Assembly (NCBI GenBank): GCA_033286805.1 | Contig: GCA_033286805.1_4727.1 | DNA length: 64,000 nt | Source of the DNA: a phage | Direction: 5' to 3' (one strand) | In this document: piece by piece, positions 1 to 9,399 of the stretch | How positions within the stretch are numbered: position 1 is the first letter of the stretch | Layout of the letters: every line of letters starts with the position of its first letter | Translations under genes and position numbers: made by a program | The notes under the pieces: generated by a model | Databases searched by the model: none | The model's input: the letters and a program-made list of their open reading frames with translations, nothing else | Told to the model about the DNA's origin: nothing

Positions 1-871
1 GCGTATTCATCACACTGAGTTGGAGTACGACAGCTTTACTAACATCCGTACGTACACCAAACGGTAGTGTTTTGAATTGCTCTGGATCGGCTATTACTTG
101 CGCATTCTGCAAGTTGAGCGGTCCAGGCATTGCTGACAATACCCAGCGATCGTTGACCATAAGGCCGTCGATCTCTTCAGAGAGGCCCAATTGCAGTGCG
201 TTCATTTCTGCGATTAGTGCCTCCGATTGCGCATCACCTGAGGTTAACGTATACCCATCGGTAAGTGATGCCAGAACACCAGCAGATACGAACCAGTTGT
301 ACGAAACAATAGCGCCTGGGAGTTTACTGCTATCTCGATCGATGATATAATTCAACCCAGCCAACATATTGTTGCGAACGAGGTTGTTGAGGTCATTACG
401 TCCTGAGGTCAACTCAACAAGTAACTGACCAACCCATACTTGGTTACCGGGTTTAGGTGTTATCACAACCTGTATCGGTGACTTGGACTTATCCAGATCC
501 GCGTCGACAATCTCGGTTTTGTTGAGAAGGATACCGTACGTCGATGCTAAGACAGGTAGGATCTCAGAGACCTTGGTTAATGCATCTAAGGTTTCGATCT
601 CGATGGGCCAGTGGTGCTGTCCGCCAGACCAAGTACCCAGTTTACCAAGATCGATGCGGTTATAATAGATGTCGACAGAGTTCACCAACCCTGAACCCGG
701 TTGGGGATGCACGGTTAACTTGCTGTTACGCTTGTACCCTGTGCTTTCAGAAGCCTCACCGATAACCAGTTTATCCAGCGTTACGCCTCGAGCATCGAAA
801 TCGCTATGCTTTCGAATCAGCCGAAAGAGGATTTCTTTCGATTCTAACCCCAGGATTTCACTGTACTCCAT
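1..871 (-). CDS. hypothetical protein, 3' end outside window (N-terminus MEYSEILGLESKEIL...)
   Basis: ATG at 871-869 with AAGGGG RBS; frame stays open to the window edge on the minus strand; not in the ORF track because no stop lies inside the window. Confidence 0.55.
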   Translation of the reverse strand, partial: MEYSEILGLESKEILFRLIRKHSDFDARGVTLDKLVIGEASESTGYKRNSKLTVHPQPGSGLVNSVDIYYNRIDLGKLGTWSGGQHHWPIEIETLDALTKVSEILPVLASTYGILLNKTEIVDADLDKSKSPIQVVITPKPGNQVWVGQLLVELTSGRNDLNNLVRNNMLAGLNYIIDRDSSKLPGAIVSYNWFVSAGVLASLTDGYTLTSGDAQSEALIAEMNALQLGLSEEIDGLMVNDRWVLSAMPGPLNLQNAQVIADPEQFKTLPFGVRTDVSKAVVLQLSVMNT

Positions 872-886
872 TTAACACCCCTTAGG

Positions 887-1771
887 TTACGGTAGGATTT
901 CTGCGCCCGTCGGGCCTGCCTTACGAGCTTCCAACGCACCAAGGTCGTATTTCAGCGTCAGCGTATCGTTGGTGGTATAAAGGTTGTGGTAAGTCGAAAT
1001 CAGATCGGTAACCTGCGCGCCGACGATTTCGTTCATGTCGAAGGCCGAACCTTGACCATCATCGGCACGAACGATTTTATCGCCAGCAGAGACCATCCCA
1101 ATTTCAGAAATAACCGCGTACTCTTCACCACCTTCGGTGAGTTTAGCCACATTGAGATATTCGTTAATATCCCATGGCGTCCAAACCAAAGAGACTTTAC
1201 AGCTGTAGTCGTAGTACTCTCCGGTCGCTACCAGAATTCCGGTTGTTGGGATATCCGGTCGGGTGGGGTTGAGGTTAGCGTCGGTTGGGTGCCATTCGAT
1301 GGTCTGAGCGACGCCGTCGACGTATTTGGTATAACGCATGGAGCGGACAACGTTATCGAAATCGATGCGACGACCGTAATAACAGATATACTTTTTACCG
1401 CTTTCCAATGTCTCAATACGACGTAACCCAAATTTAGCGCGTTCGTCTGTGGTCAAATCGTTACCAACTTCACGCATCACGAACGGCTTGATCTTCCACG
1501 GTGAAAGATCGCTTGCTTCGTGAGCGATCGGCATCGAGGAAGGGATACCGTTAGCGTTGCGGATGAATTCATGACCTTGGTTGCCGATACAGAAGTAACG
1601 TACAGCAGGATTACCCTCGGGGTAAACCTTTGATTGAATCTGAAGCTTTTCATTCAAGGTGCTATGTTCTTCCCATGCGTGAGGAAGACCGAGCGTAAGG
1701 TTAGTTTGTACTTGACCGCCGATAATCGTACGGACGATACGATCGGTAGCACGGATTTGTGTAGAAGCCAT
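887..1771 (-). CDS. hypothetical protein (294 aa), probable virion or late protein
   Basis: ORF track; ATG at 1771 preceded by AGGAAAAG; tightly packed with flanking minus-strand genes. Confidence 0.65.
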   Translation of the reverse strand: MASTQIRATDRIVRTIIGGQVQTNLTLGLPHAWEEHSTLNEKLQIQSKVYPEGNPAVRYFCIGNQGHEFIRNANGIPSSMPIAHEASDLSPWKIKPFVMREVGNDLTTDERAKFGLRRIETLESGKKYICYYGRRIDFDNVVRSMRYTKYVDGVAQTIEWHPTDANLNPTRPDIPTTGILVATGEYYDYSCKVSLVWTPWDINEYLNVAKLTEGGEEYAVISEIGMVSAGDKIVRADDGQGSAFDMNEIVGAQVTDLISTYHNLYTTNDTLTLKYDLGALEARKAGPTGAEILP

Positions 1772-1787
1772 GTCTTTTCCTATTTAA

Positions 1788-2639
1788 TCAGTTATATTGC
1801 ATCAACAGGATACCGCCGTAGTTCGTGCAGTAATCTTGGCTAAGCGTAACGATAACAGCGTTAGCGAACGCAGGGTTAACAGGATAACCCTGTGCGATAA
1901 GTTCTGTTGTTTTACCGGTTGCAAGCACGGTGGCTCCGTAAAGGTTGTTTTCGTCTTCACGGCCGTTATAAACCCATGGGGTTGGCGCAACGTTGTTGAA
2001 TAAGCTAACCAATGCGCTTAAATTACCACCAACTTTTAACCCGGCGAGATCGGAACGGATAGCTGTACAGTCTATAGCGTAACTGTAGACCAATGCCTGG
2101 ATACGATTTGCGGTGTAGTACGGGAAATTGAGACCGGTCATCACCGAAGTCTTCATCATCCCCGCAATATCGTGGGCACTATCGAGGAGATAGAACGTAA
2201 CACTTCCCGTCCAAGCCAATCCGGTTGTTTTCAACTCTACGGTGTGAGGGAACGGATATTCATCACCTCGTACAATTGGAGAATCGACGCAGCTATCCTG
2301 ATCGATAACGATTCCGTACGTTGATTGAATCAGAGGGATAAGATCATGCGTTGTTTTAACCCCAGCATCGATAGCAAGCTTCGGTTCCATTCCCAAGAAG
2401 AAGTCTTGAATAGGGATACGATCGTACCACACGTAGCTGCTTTCACGGTATTGTGCTGGCGTTACTGTTGCCGAAGGCGATACTTTCGCGCGCGTGTTCC
2501 GTTTATACGCGTGGTTTCCGTTTTCAGCAACATCCGTGATATCAAGTGCATCGAAGTTAAAGTCGAAGTCTGGATTGGCTGCCTGAATAAGTTCAGCGAC
2601 CAGTACTTTAGGACTTTTGTTTAACAATTTCTGACTCAT
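1788..2639 (-). CDS. hypothetical protein (283 aa), paralog of the next gene
   Basis: ORF track; AAGGAA RBS; shares ...AWTGSV... and C-terminal ...YCTNYGGILLMQYN with the 311-aa neighbour. Confidence 0.65.
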   Translation of the reverse strand: MSQKLLNKSPKVLVAELIQAANPDFDFNFDALDITDVAENGNHAYKRNTRAKVSPSATVTPAQYRESSYVWYDRIPIQDFFLGMEPKLAIDAGVKTTHDLIPLIQSTYGIVIDQDSCVDSPIVRGDEYPFPHTVELKTTGLAWTGSVTFYLLDSAHDIAGMMKTSVMTGLNFPYYTANRIQALVYSYAIDCTAIRSDLAGLKVGGNLSALVSLFNNVAPTPWVYNGREDENNLYGATVLATGKTTELIAQGYPVNPAFANAVIVTLSQDYCTNYGGILLMQYN

Positions 2640-2649
2640 TGTTTATTCC

Positions 2650-3585
2650 TTAGCCTTGTTCTTCTGGAGAACGACCCTGGAGGCTTGCGGTATGTCCGTC
2701 GACGTTGTAATAGAAAATCAATGGACCGCCGACGGCAGTACAGTAGTTTTCATCCAGACCGATCTCGATACCGTATTGGTAACCCGCTCGTGCTGGAATA
2801 CGTCCGCCTAACTCGCCGTTGAAAGCCACTTTAGCATTATACAGGTTATACGGTGCGGCGTTGTCGTCTAATACCCAACGATCGGTAGTCATTTCAGCCA
2901 GAAGATCGGCAACCACCACATCGCTAATAACGGTACCTGTTACCAGCGAAGCCAGCAGTTCACCGTAATCAGAAGTATCACGACTGTAACTGTAAATCTC
3001 GCCGCTAGCGCGTACGCCTTGACCGAAGAACTTAAGGCCGTCCAGCTCCTTGATCGCGATAATATCGTCAAGATTCGGCACACGCGATTTCATCAAGATA
3101 CGAACGCTCCCCGTCCAAGCCAGGCAGTTAGATGCGACACGAAGCAATTGTCCGTTAACGGTATCCCAGTTAAGTTCGTCGTTGACGATTTCTTCCGCGG
3201 TAAGACCAAGACCGAAACGTTCTTTGATGATAGGCCAGATATCACGCATCTTGGCGGCGTCTGGCGCATCGATAAGAATAGGAGCTACGTTACGCAGATA
3301 CGCACCGATGTTAATACGATCGTAATACAGTGTCGTCGAACCTTCGTAATCGTCTAACTCAGTAAGCTTAGCGGTTGCTGTCGCCGTAATCTGGGTGTCG
3401 CGCTCATAGGCGCTTTGGTTGGTGGTTGGTGTTCCTAAAACCAATAATTCAGGGGTTAGGATATGCTCTCCGTTCTGAGGTGGGTTATCGTGGTTGATAA
3501 GACCATACACGAGATCGGATGAGGGTAAAGAGACGTCGACCGGGTAAAGTTCGGTGTCGTCAATAGTTGTTACCGTATCACTCAC
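2650..3585 (-). CDS. hypothetical protein (311 aa), paralog of the previous gene
   Basis: ORF track; apparent GTG start at 3585 with strong GAGGAGG RBS 5 nt upstream; C-terminus ...YCTAVGGPLIFYYN matches the neighbour. Confidence 0.6.
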   Translation of the reverse strand: MSDTVTTIDDTELYPVDVSLPSSDLVYGLINHDNPPQNGEHILTPELLVLGTPTTNQSAYERDTQITATATAKLTELDDYEGSTTLYYDRINIGAYLRNVAPILIDAPDAAKMRDIWPIIKERFGLGLTAEEIVNDELNWDTVNGQLLRVASNCLAWTGSVRILMKSRVPNLDDIIAIKELDGLKFFGQGVRASGEIYSYSRDTSDYGELLASLVTGTVISDVVVADLLAEMTTDRWVLDDNAAPYNLYNAKVAFNGELGGRIPARAGYQYGIEIGLDENYCTAVGGPLIFYYNVDGHTASLQGRSPEEQG

Positions 3586-3644
3586 GGTGACCTCCTCGCC
3601 AGGAATTAGATAAAAAAGACTTTACGATTTGCTGCGCTATCACG

Positions 3645-5936
3645 TTAAACGTCCTCGATAGGCAAAGGTTTAACAATCAAACGATTGAGCGGATTCGATA
3701 GACGCATACTGATAGGCTTATACGCAACATGATTCGTCTCACTTAGAGCCACTGATCTGAAACGACCGTTCAACTGTTTGTAAATCGGTTCTATCCAGAG
3801 ACCTCGAAGATCGCGTTTACGGAAACGCTGTTCGAACGGTTTGATGGGGTTCGCGGTCAACCCACGCAACGATTCTGACAGCAGACGCTCACTAAGGTCG
3901 CGTGGTGCCCGACCTGGGAACGGTGCAAGCCACAAACCATCGAGCGGATTTTTACGGAAACGCAACGAGACAGGATCGCTAATGACTTGTGCCCAATATT
4001 GCGTACTGAATCGAACGGTTTGGGTGTTCTCGTAACCACTACAATCACACCAGGTTGGTTTCGGAGGCGCTTCCAAACTTTCAACCGCTGATTCACGCCA
4101 GTTCGTCATCGGGTTGTTATCATGCACGAATTTGATAACTTCCGTAGCCTGGTTATCCGTATCATGAACGTTTGCCTGTGCCCAGTCTTCCCACAGTTCT
4201 TCACGACCACTTACTAAACTCGAACCGAGACGAACGGCAATTTTGTTTAGTGGTTTGATTGGATCGCTGTTGATTGTCTGGATAAAATGGATGGTGTAAC
4301 TGCTCAATGTCTTAAGCAGCTGCAGCATTCCGTATTGAATATCCTTAAGACTGGTGACATCTTCCAAATCTTGGCCGGTGGCCTTTGTGAAGATATCGAG
4401 AGCCAGAATTCCCGCCTCTTCTTGACTGATTGCGTCAAGCTCCCAATCCATCGATAAGAACCATTCCTTGTAAAGCTGCCCAATACCGAAGTCGACGCCA
4501 ACATCCATGTAAAAGTTTTCAACGATGGCTTCAGCCATACCTCGAGCTTGATAATGCTCTTGGAGCTGGTACATGAACTGATGACGACGCCAGCCTTGGT
4601 AAATCTCGGTAACGGCGGTCAGAAACTCTTCAGTGCTGACGACCGGACGCAATGTTACTTGCTTATCCAAACACCACCAGATCAGTTTATCGGGAATGAT
4701 AGCAGGATCGGTAATGCTGCGGAGATGGTCGAATGTCGGTAGCGTTAACACCCTGACGTGGTTAGCATGGATCTTAGGTACTTCAATCAGCGTCATGCCC
4801 ATCGAATAGTTCAGCAAATACAAGAACAGCTTGTATGCATCTTTCATCGACATCGTCATGGTATCACCCGTCACCGGGTTGGTTGTCGTTAACCGTGACT
4901 GATACATGCCTATTGCGCTAAGATGAATCCATTCATTCAGCAGGAAATCATACTTAGGATACAGTTCACTGTCTGTAAGGTCTTCGGCTTCACTTTCCAA
5001 CACCTTGGTCGTTAAGGTATTGTTGTCATGCATCGACATCTTCTCTATCGTACGGTTAAGCTCGGTATAATACTCCGCTTCGTTATCCCGCGCTAGAGGG
5101 AACTGTTGCTGCATCACGGTGGTGACCTTACGTCTTACCGTGCCATTACCGACGATCTCTTGAAGGTTAAGCGGTTTACGCTCCATGTAAACAGCAGGTT
5201 TTAACGTCTGGGGTATCTCGGAAGCGTCTTGTTTGATCGAGAACGCACCGATTGGAATCCCACGATCGGTTAATACCTTTTGAATGAGCTTATCGTAGTT
5301 TTCCGTTCTGCCCATGTTTCTTTCAACGTAAGCGATGTTACGATAGAACCAGAGCATTTGGGATTCGGTCATGTATCGCTTGAATCGATCGAGACCTTGA
5401 TGGCTTGCCAGATAACTCCAGATATGGAAGCTATGGGCATAATGGGTATGACAGTTTTCCCAACGAATACCTTTTATCATCTCAGGTATTTGTGTGAATA
5501 GGATGGCGTATAGCGCAGGCCAATGAAGCATATCGACGCTCTCGTATGCTGGATGTTCCCAGCGTCTGAAGTAATCGTCGATTTCTTGCTGTAAACGCGG
5601 AATAAGATTGGCCTCGCGTGACTCAACCTCTTGTGTATCGTACCAGAGAATCTCATGATTGCGTGCCGCAATTGCTTTCTCGATATCGATGGGGTTAAGG
5701 ATACCCAAGATCAACATACGTTGTTCCGGGTACCGCGTAATTAAACGATTGAAATAATCTCCACCATACGCGTATTCCCTTGCCGTCATGCGATGCCGTA
5801 ACATGTTTTCCTTGGTGAACTCGATCTCTTCGAGCGTATCCAGGGAATTTACGGTCATCATTGTCTGACAAGGATGATACTCGCCAGCGAGATTCATGTA
5901 GTATAACCACGTGCGTGGGTCGTCCCCGACGGCCAT
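3645..5936 (-). CDS. hypothetical large protein (about 760 to 826 aa) with imperfect C-terminal repeats
   Basis: ORF track gives 3645..6125 but that start is TTG; first in-frame ATG is at 5936, so the N-terminus is uncertain; C-terminal repeats GLWLAPFPGRAPRDLSERLL and RDLRGLWIEPIYKQLNGRFRS. Confidence 0.55.
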   Translation of the reverse strand: MAVGDDPRTWLYYMNLAGEYHPCQTMMTVNSLDTLEEIEFTKENMLRHRMTAREYAYGGDYFNRLITRYPEQRMLILGILNPIDIEKAIAARNHEILWYDTQEVESREANLIPRLQQEIDDYFRRWEHPAYESVDMLHWPALYAILFTQIPEMIKGIRWENCHTHYAHSFHIWSYLASHQGLDRFKRYMTESQMLWFYRNIAYVERNMGRTENYDKLIQKVLTDRGIPIGAFSIKQDASEIPQTLKPAVYMERKPLNLQEIVGNGTVRRKVTTVMQQQFPLARDNEAEYYTELNRTIEKMSMHDNNTLTTKVLESEAEDLTDSELYPKYDFLLNEWIHLSAIGMYQSRLTTTNPVTGDTMTMSMKDAYKLFLYLLNYSMGMTLIEVPKIHANHVRVLTLPTFDHLRSITDPAIIPDKLIWWCLDKQVTLRPVVSTEEFLTAVTEIYQGWRRHQFMYQLQEHYQARGMAEAIVENFYMDVGVDFGIGQLYKEWFLSMDWELDAISQEEAGILALDIFTKATGQDLEDVTSLKDIQYGMLQLLKTLSSYTIHFIQTINSDPIKPLNKIAVRLGSSLVSGREELWEDWAQANVHDTDNQATEVIKFVHDNNPMTNWRESAVESLEAPPKPTWCDCSGYENTQTVRFSTQYWAQVISDPVSLRFRKNPLDGLWLAPFPGRAPRDLSERLLSESLRGLTANPIKPFEQRFRKRDLRGLWIEPIYKQLNGRFRSVALSETNHVAYKPISMRLSNPLNRLIVKPLPIEDV

Positions 5937-6083
5937 CTGGTAGACTTCGGAAACCTTGAGGTTTAACCGTTCTGCCGTGATGTCGCTTTTAATAATCAGG
6001 GTGTCCGTTAGACGCTGCACGCTTTCCGAATAAAGCTGATAGTCAGTGTTGGACACGATCGGTCCTCCAAGGAGCCAGTGTAA

Positions 6084-8993
6084 ATGAACGATATAAATAA
6101 AGGGCGCGTCGCCCTCGAACGTCAAATGAGCAATAATGACGTTGCGAAGGCACTCATGAACAAATTTGTCGCTCCTGCTCCGCAGTCACGTCTTTATAAT
6201 ACACGTGATGCGGAAGGAGCGAACGGTCGTTTCGGGTTAGTTGTTCCCGACCAAATGACGATGAACACGGTTACGCGTGCGACCGCGACAAACATCGAGG
6301 ATAATAAAAACATCCTCGAGTTGTTCCCTGAACTTAAACGCGTGATGCAGATCTATGTTGCCGCGTTGACGAACCCTAACGATCTTAAGACGGTCGAGAT
6401 GTTTATCGACAGCGAAGATTTCCCCGGCAGAGTCGCAGAAATCGTTCAGCCGATGATCGATACCATCGACACGCATTTTAAGAATATCTATAAAATAAAG
6501 ACGCTTATCCCTCGTATCATCGAAGACGTCTTCTTTATCAAGGGCAGTTATAACTTCGTTGTTCTGCCGGAAAGCACGCTCGACCGCGCCATTAATGGTA
6601 ACGGTCAACTGAAACTTGAAGAATACGGATTTAAAGACAACCATTTTGCAAGCTGGGGACTTTTAGGTAACGACAGTCGCAAACGCCACGAAAATCAACT
6701 ACCCGCGACGGTTTCGATGGAAGATTATTTCTCGGGTGTTAATGAAACCATACCGTACGATCCTGTTGTTCGCATAGACAGCATTAAGTTTACCAATACC
6801 CTGCTTCGCGATAAGGACGGTAAATTCATTGAAGCGAAGATCGATATTCCGGATATGGTTACGGTTGTCGATAACCCAGACATCCTCCGCATGCCTATTC
6901 TGCATCAACGTCGAGCAGCGACAGCAGTGCAGCGTGCGTTACGCGCAAACACGTTAGGAGGTAGTGGTTTGGTAACGCTGTCAGGCGATCCGACCCTAAC
7001 CGCTAACCGACGTGAGCTGTCGCAAGAACAGGTTAACGAGATCTGGAATAAACTCAACATCCAACGTCACACCAAGGTATCTCCCGTTTACGCGCTGGCA
7101 ACCCCAGATACACTCGATCGTCAAAGCGTCGGTCATCCTGGTGTGATGCACGTACCACCTGAGGCATTAGAACCCGTACATGCGCCTGGCGATCCGGAGA
7201 ACCATATCGGGTATTTGGTTCAGTTGGATGAGTTTGGTTATCCGGTGCGTTTGGTTGAAGATGCTGCGTATTACAAGCAGTTGGAAGGGCGGTTGTCGAA
7301 GATCACCGCAGATATCGCAGGTACGTCAAGCAACGGCATGGCGAGCGAGATGATTGGTGCGGCCAAGAACATGATCCAAGGTACGTCATGTAATCAGGTA
7401 GACATGTCGGCCTTCGTATCGTCGTACGAATCGCTGATGCAACGTTACATCGTTGAACGTATTGTCAACGGTTATCTTGGCAGTGCGGTGGAAATCGGCG
7501 CGACATCATCGTTTTACCTATCGATGCTTGCCCGTAGCCTCGCTCATAAGCAGACCCGTGTTTTGTTTATTCCTCGAGAGATGGTGACTTACATCGCTTA
7601 TGAATACAACAAATACGGTATCGGTCGTTCGCTGCTTGAAAGTACGAAGATGATCTCGTCGCAACGAGCCATGCTCATGGTTCAAGAACTGATGGCGAAA
7701 ATCAAAAGTTCGTTGAACTATACGACGCTAAGCGTAATGCTTGAAGACACCGACAGAAACCCGGTCGATACCGTCGAACAAGCGCTGCATAGTTTCGCTC
7801 GTGTCTACCAGTCTGGTTTCCCTCTGGGTGAAACTAACCCGATGGATATCATCAACGCGTACGAACGAAGCTCGATTCGATTGAAGGTTGAGGGGAATAA
7901 CCCACGCTTCCCGAAATTGAATACAGACGTCAGTGTTGAGCAGCGTAACTATCAGTCTCCTGATAATGAGCTGATGGATCGTTACCGCCGTGACCATTTC
8001 ATGGGTTTGGGAGTTTCTCCAGAGATTATCGATACTTCCTACCAATCTGAATTCGCAGCTTCTGTGATTACAGCTAACGCGATGCAAGAGAAACAGTTCA
8101 CGGTTTGTCGTGAGGTGATCACGAATGGGTTATCGGACCACATCAAGAAATACACGGCATACAGTCCCGTGTTGTTGACGTCGTTACGAAACACGGTTCG
8201 TGCGAACATGTCTAAGCTCTCCCAGGCACAATTGAAGCAGCTTTTTGGTAGCGATTTCGAAAACGGTGTTATCCGTAACGTTAACGCCTATCAGGAGATT
8301 GACGACCAATCAGCAACAATGGATCTGGATTACACTAAACCAGAAGTCCAGGAAGTTATTGCCGATGCTTATGTGTCCATGTTCTTAAACAGCCTGCGTG
8401 TGCGTTTACCGGATAGCAATGCTCGTCGCCTTGAAGATCAGGTACGTGAATATAATCAGTACAAGGAAGCGATTACTGCGCAACTTGATGATTATTTAAC
8501 ACCTGATTACGTCATGGGTCTGGGTGGGGTTGATGAAACAACGCTGCAGATGATCCGCGCATGCATTATTGGTACCGCGATGCGTACGTGGGCAAAAGAG
8601 AACAACTTCAATCAGGAGCTGGCTGATCTCTTCAGTCTTGACGATAAGAAGAATGCCGTGCAAGATTGGAAACGTATGTCCATGGAACATATTGAAGTCA
8701 TGGGTAAATGCATGGGTGATTTTGCATTGTATATTCAGAATCTGACGAAGAAGATTGAAGAGAAGATGGGAGCTCAAGCACAGGACGGCAGCGTTTCATC
8801 TGATGGTTCGTGGTCATCCGATTCAAGTAGCGATACCGGTTCTTCTGATGACTTCGGTGGCGATGACGATTTCGGAGATACCGATTTCGATACCGAAACG
8901 ATGGAGGAAACCTCAACAGAAGAAACAACCACATCTGAGGAAACGACTACCGACACAACGTCAGAAGACGACACTTCAGGTGGCGTTGTCTAA
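6084..8993 (+). CDS. hypothetical large protein (969 aa) with poly-acidic S/D/T/E-rich C-terminal tail
   Basis: ATG at 6084 with AAGGAG RBS 9 nt upstream; no internal stops; last 75 aa are almost entirely S, D, T, E, G. Confidence 0.7.
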   Translation: MNDINKGRVALERQMSNNDVAKALMNKFVAPAPQSRLYNTRDAEGANGRFGLVVPDQMTMNTVTRATATNIEDNKNILELFPELKRVMQIYVAALTNPNDLKTVEMFIDSEDFPGRVAEIVQPMIDTIDTHFKNIYKIKTLIPRIIEDVFFIKGSYNFVVLPESTLDRAINGNGQLKLEEYGFKDNHFASWGLLGNDSRKRHENQLPATVSMEDYFSGVNETIPYDPVVRIDSIKFTNTLLRDKDGKFIEAKIDIPDMVTVVDNPDILRMPILHQRRAATAVQRALRANTLGGSGLVTLSGDPTLTANRRELSQEQVNEIWNKLNIQRHTKVSPVYALATPDTLDRQSVGHPGVMHVPPEALEPVHAPGDPENHIGYLVQLDEFGYPVRLVEDAAYYKQLEGRLSKITADIAGTSSNGMASEMIGAAKNMIQGTSCNQVDMSAFVSSYESLMQRYIVERIVNGYLGSAVEIGATSSFYLSMLARSLAHKQTRVLFIPREMVTYIAYEYNKYGIGRSLLESTKMISSQRAMLMVQELMAKIKSSLNYTTLSVMLEDTDRNPVDTVEQALHSFARVYQSGFPLGETNPMDIINAYERSSIRLKVEGNNPRFPKLNTDVSVEQRNYQSPDNELMDRYRRDHFMGLGVSPEIIDTSYQSEFAASVITANAMQEKQFTVCREVITNGLSDHIKKYTAYSPVLLTSLRNTVRANMSKLSQAQLKQLFGSDFENGVIRNVNAYQEIDDQSATMDLDYTKPEVQEVIADAYVSMFLNSLRVRLPDSNARRLEDQVREYNQYKEAITAQLDDYLTPDYVMGLGGVDETTLQMIRACIIGTAMRTWAKENNFNQELADLFSLDDKKNAVQDWKRMSMEHIEVMGKCMGDFALYIQNLTKKIEEKMGAQAQDGSVSSDGSWSSDSSSDTGSSDDFGGDDDFGDTDFDTETMEETSTEETTTSEETTTDTTSEDDTSGGVV

Positions 8994-9023
8994 ACGGATG
9001 TAAAAAAAATAACACATAGTTAA

Positions 9024-9057
9024 CCTTCTCCCCAACCCGTAAGGGAAGGGGAGAAGG
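9024..9057. terminator. bidirectional GC-rich hairpin between convergent genes (CCTTCTCCCC / AACCCGTAAGGGAA / GGGGAGAAGG)
   Basis: perfect 10-bp stem; A8 run upstream on plus strand, so a T-run follows the hairpin on the minus strand; flanked by CATAG and CTATG. Confidence 0.6.
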
Positions 9058-9074
9058 GCTATGCGCTATTTAAC

Positions 9075-9350
9075 TTATCTCGAGGTTAACCACGATTCAA
9101 TTGTGGTGAGGTTGCTTCGCAATACGCGCCAACTAGGGTGTGGTGGGATCACAGCACCTTGGTCGATTACGGTTAGCTGAGCCTGGTACTTCTGTTGCAT
9201 ACGGGCTACCGTAGCGTTTACCGAAAGGAAAAGCTGGTAACGTTCGTACGCCGTCAGTACAGCATCCATTTGGATTGCTTCGGTTGCTAAAACGATTTCG
9301 CGTAAGTCCTTTGCGTCCATCGGGACAGTAATGAGTTTATAATGACTCAT
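9075..9350 (-). CDS. small hypothetical protein (91 aa)
   Basis: ATG at 9350 with AGGAAA RBS; ends just before the convergent hairpin. Confidence 0.5.
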   Translation of the reverse strand: MSHYKLITVPMDAKDLREIVLATEAIQMDAVLTAYERYQLFLSVNATVARMQQKYQAQLTVIDQGAVIPPHPSWRVLRSNLTTIESWLTSR

Positions 9351-9399
9351 AGGGTTTCCTTATCAACCAGGGTATCGCGTTAACAATACCCATCGTCAA

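Noticed and set aside
6084-6125. Apparent 42-nt overlap of divergent genes (826-aa ORF start at 6125 versus plus gene start at 6084)
   Set aside because: The 6125 start is a TTG chosen by the ORF finder; the plus gene has a strong AAGGAG RBS, so the minus gene more likely starts at the ATG at 5936.
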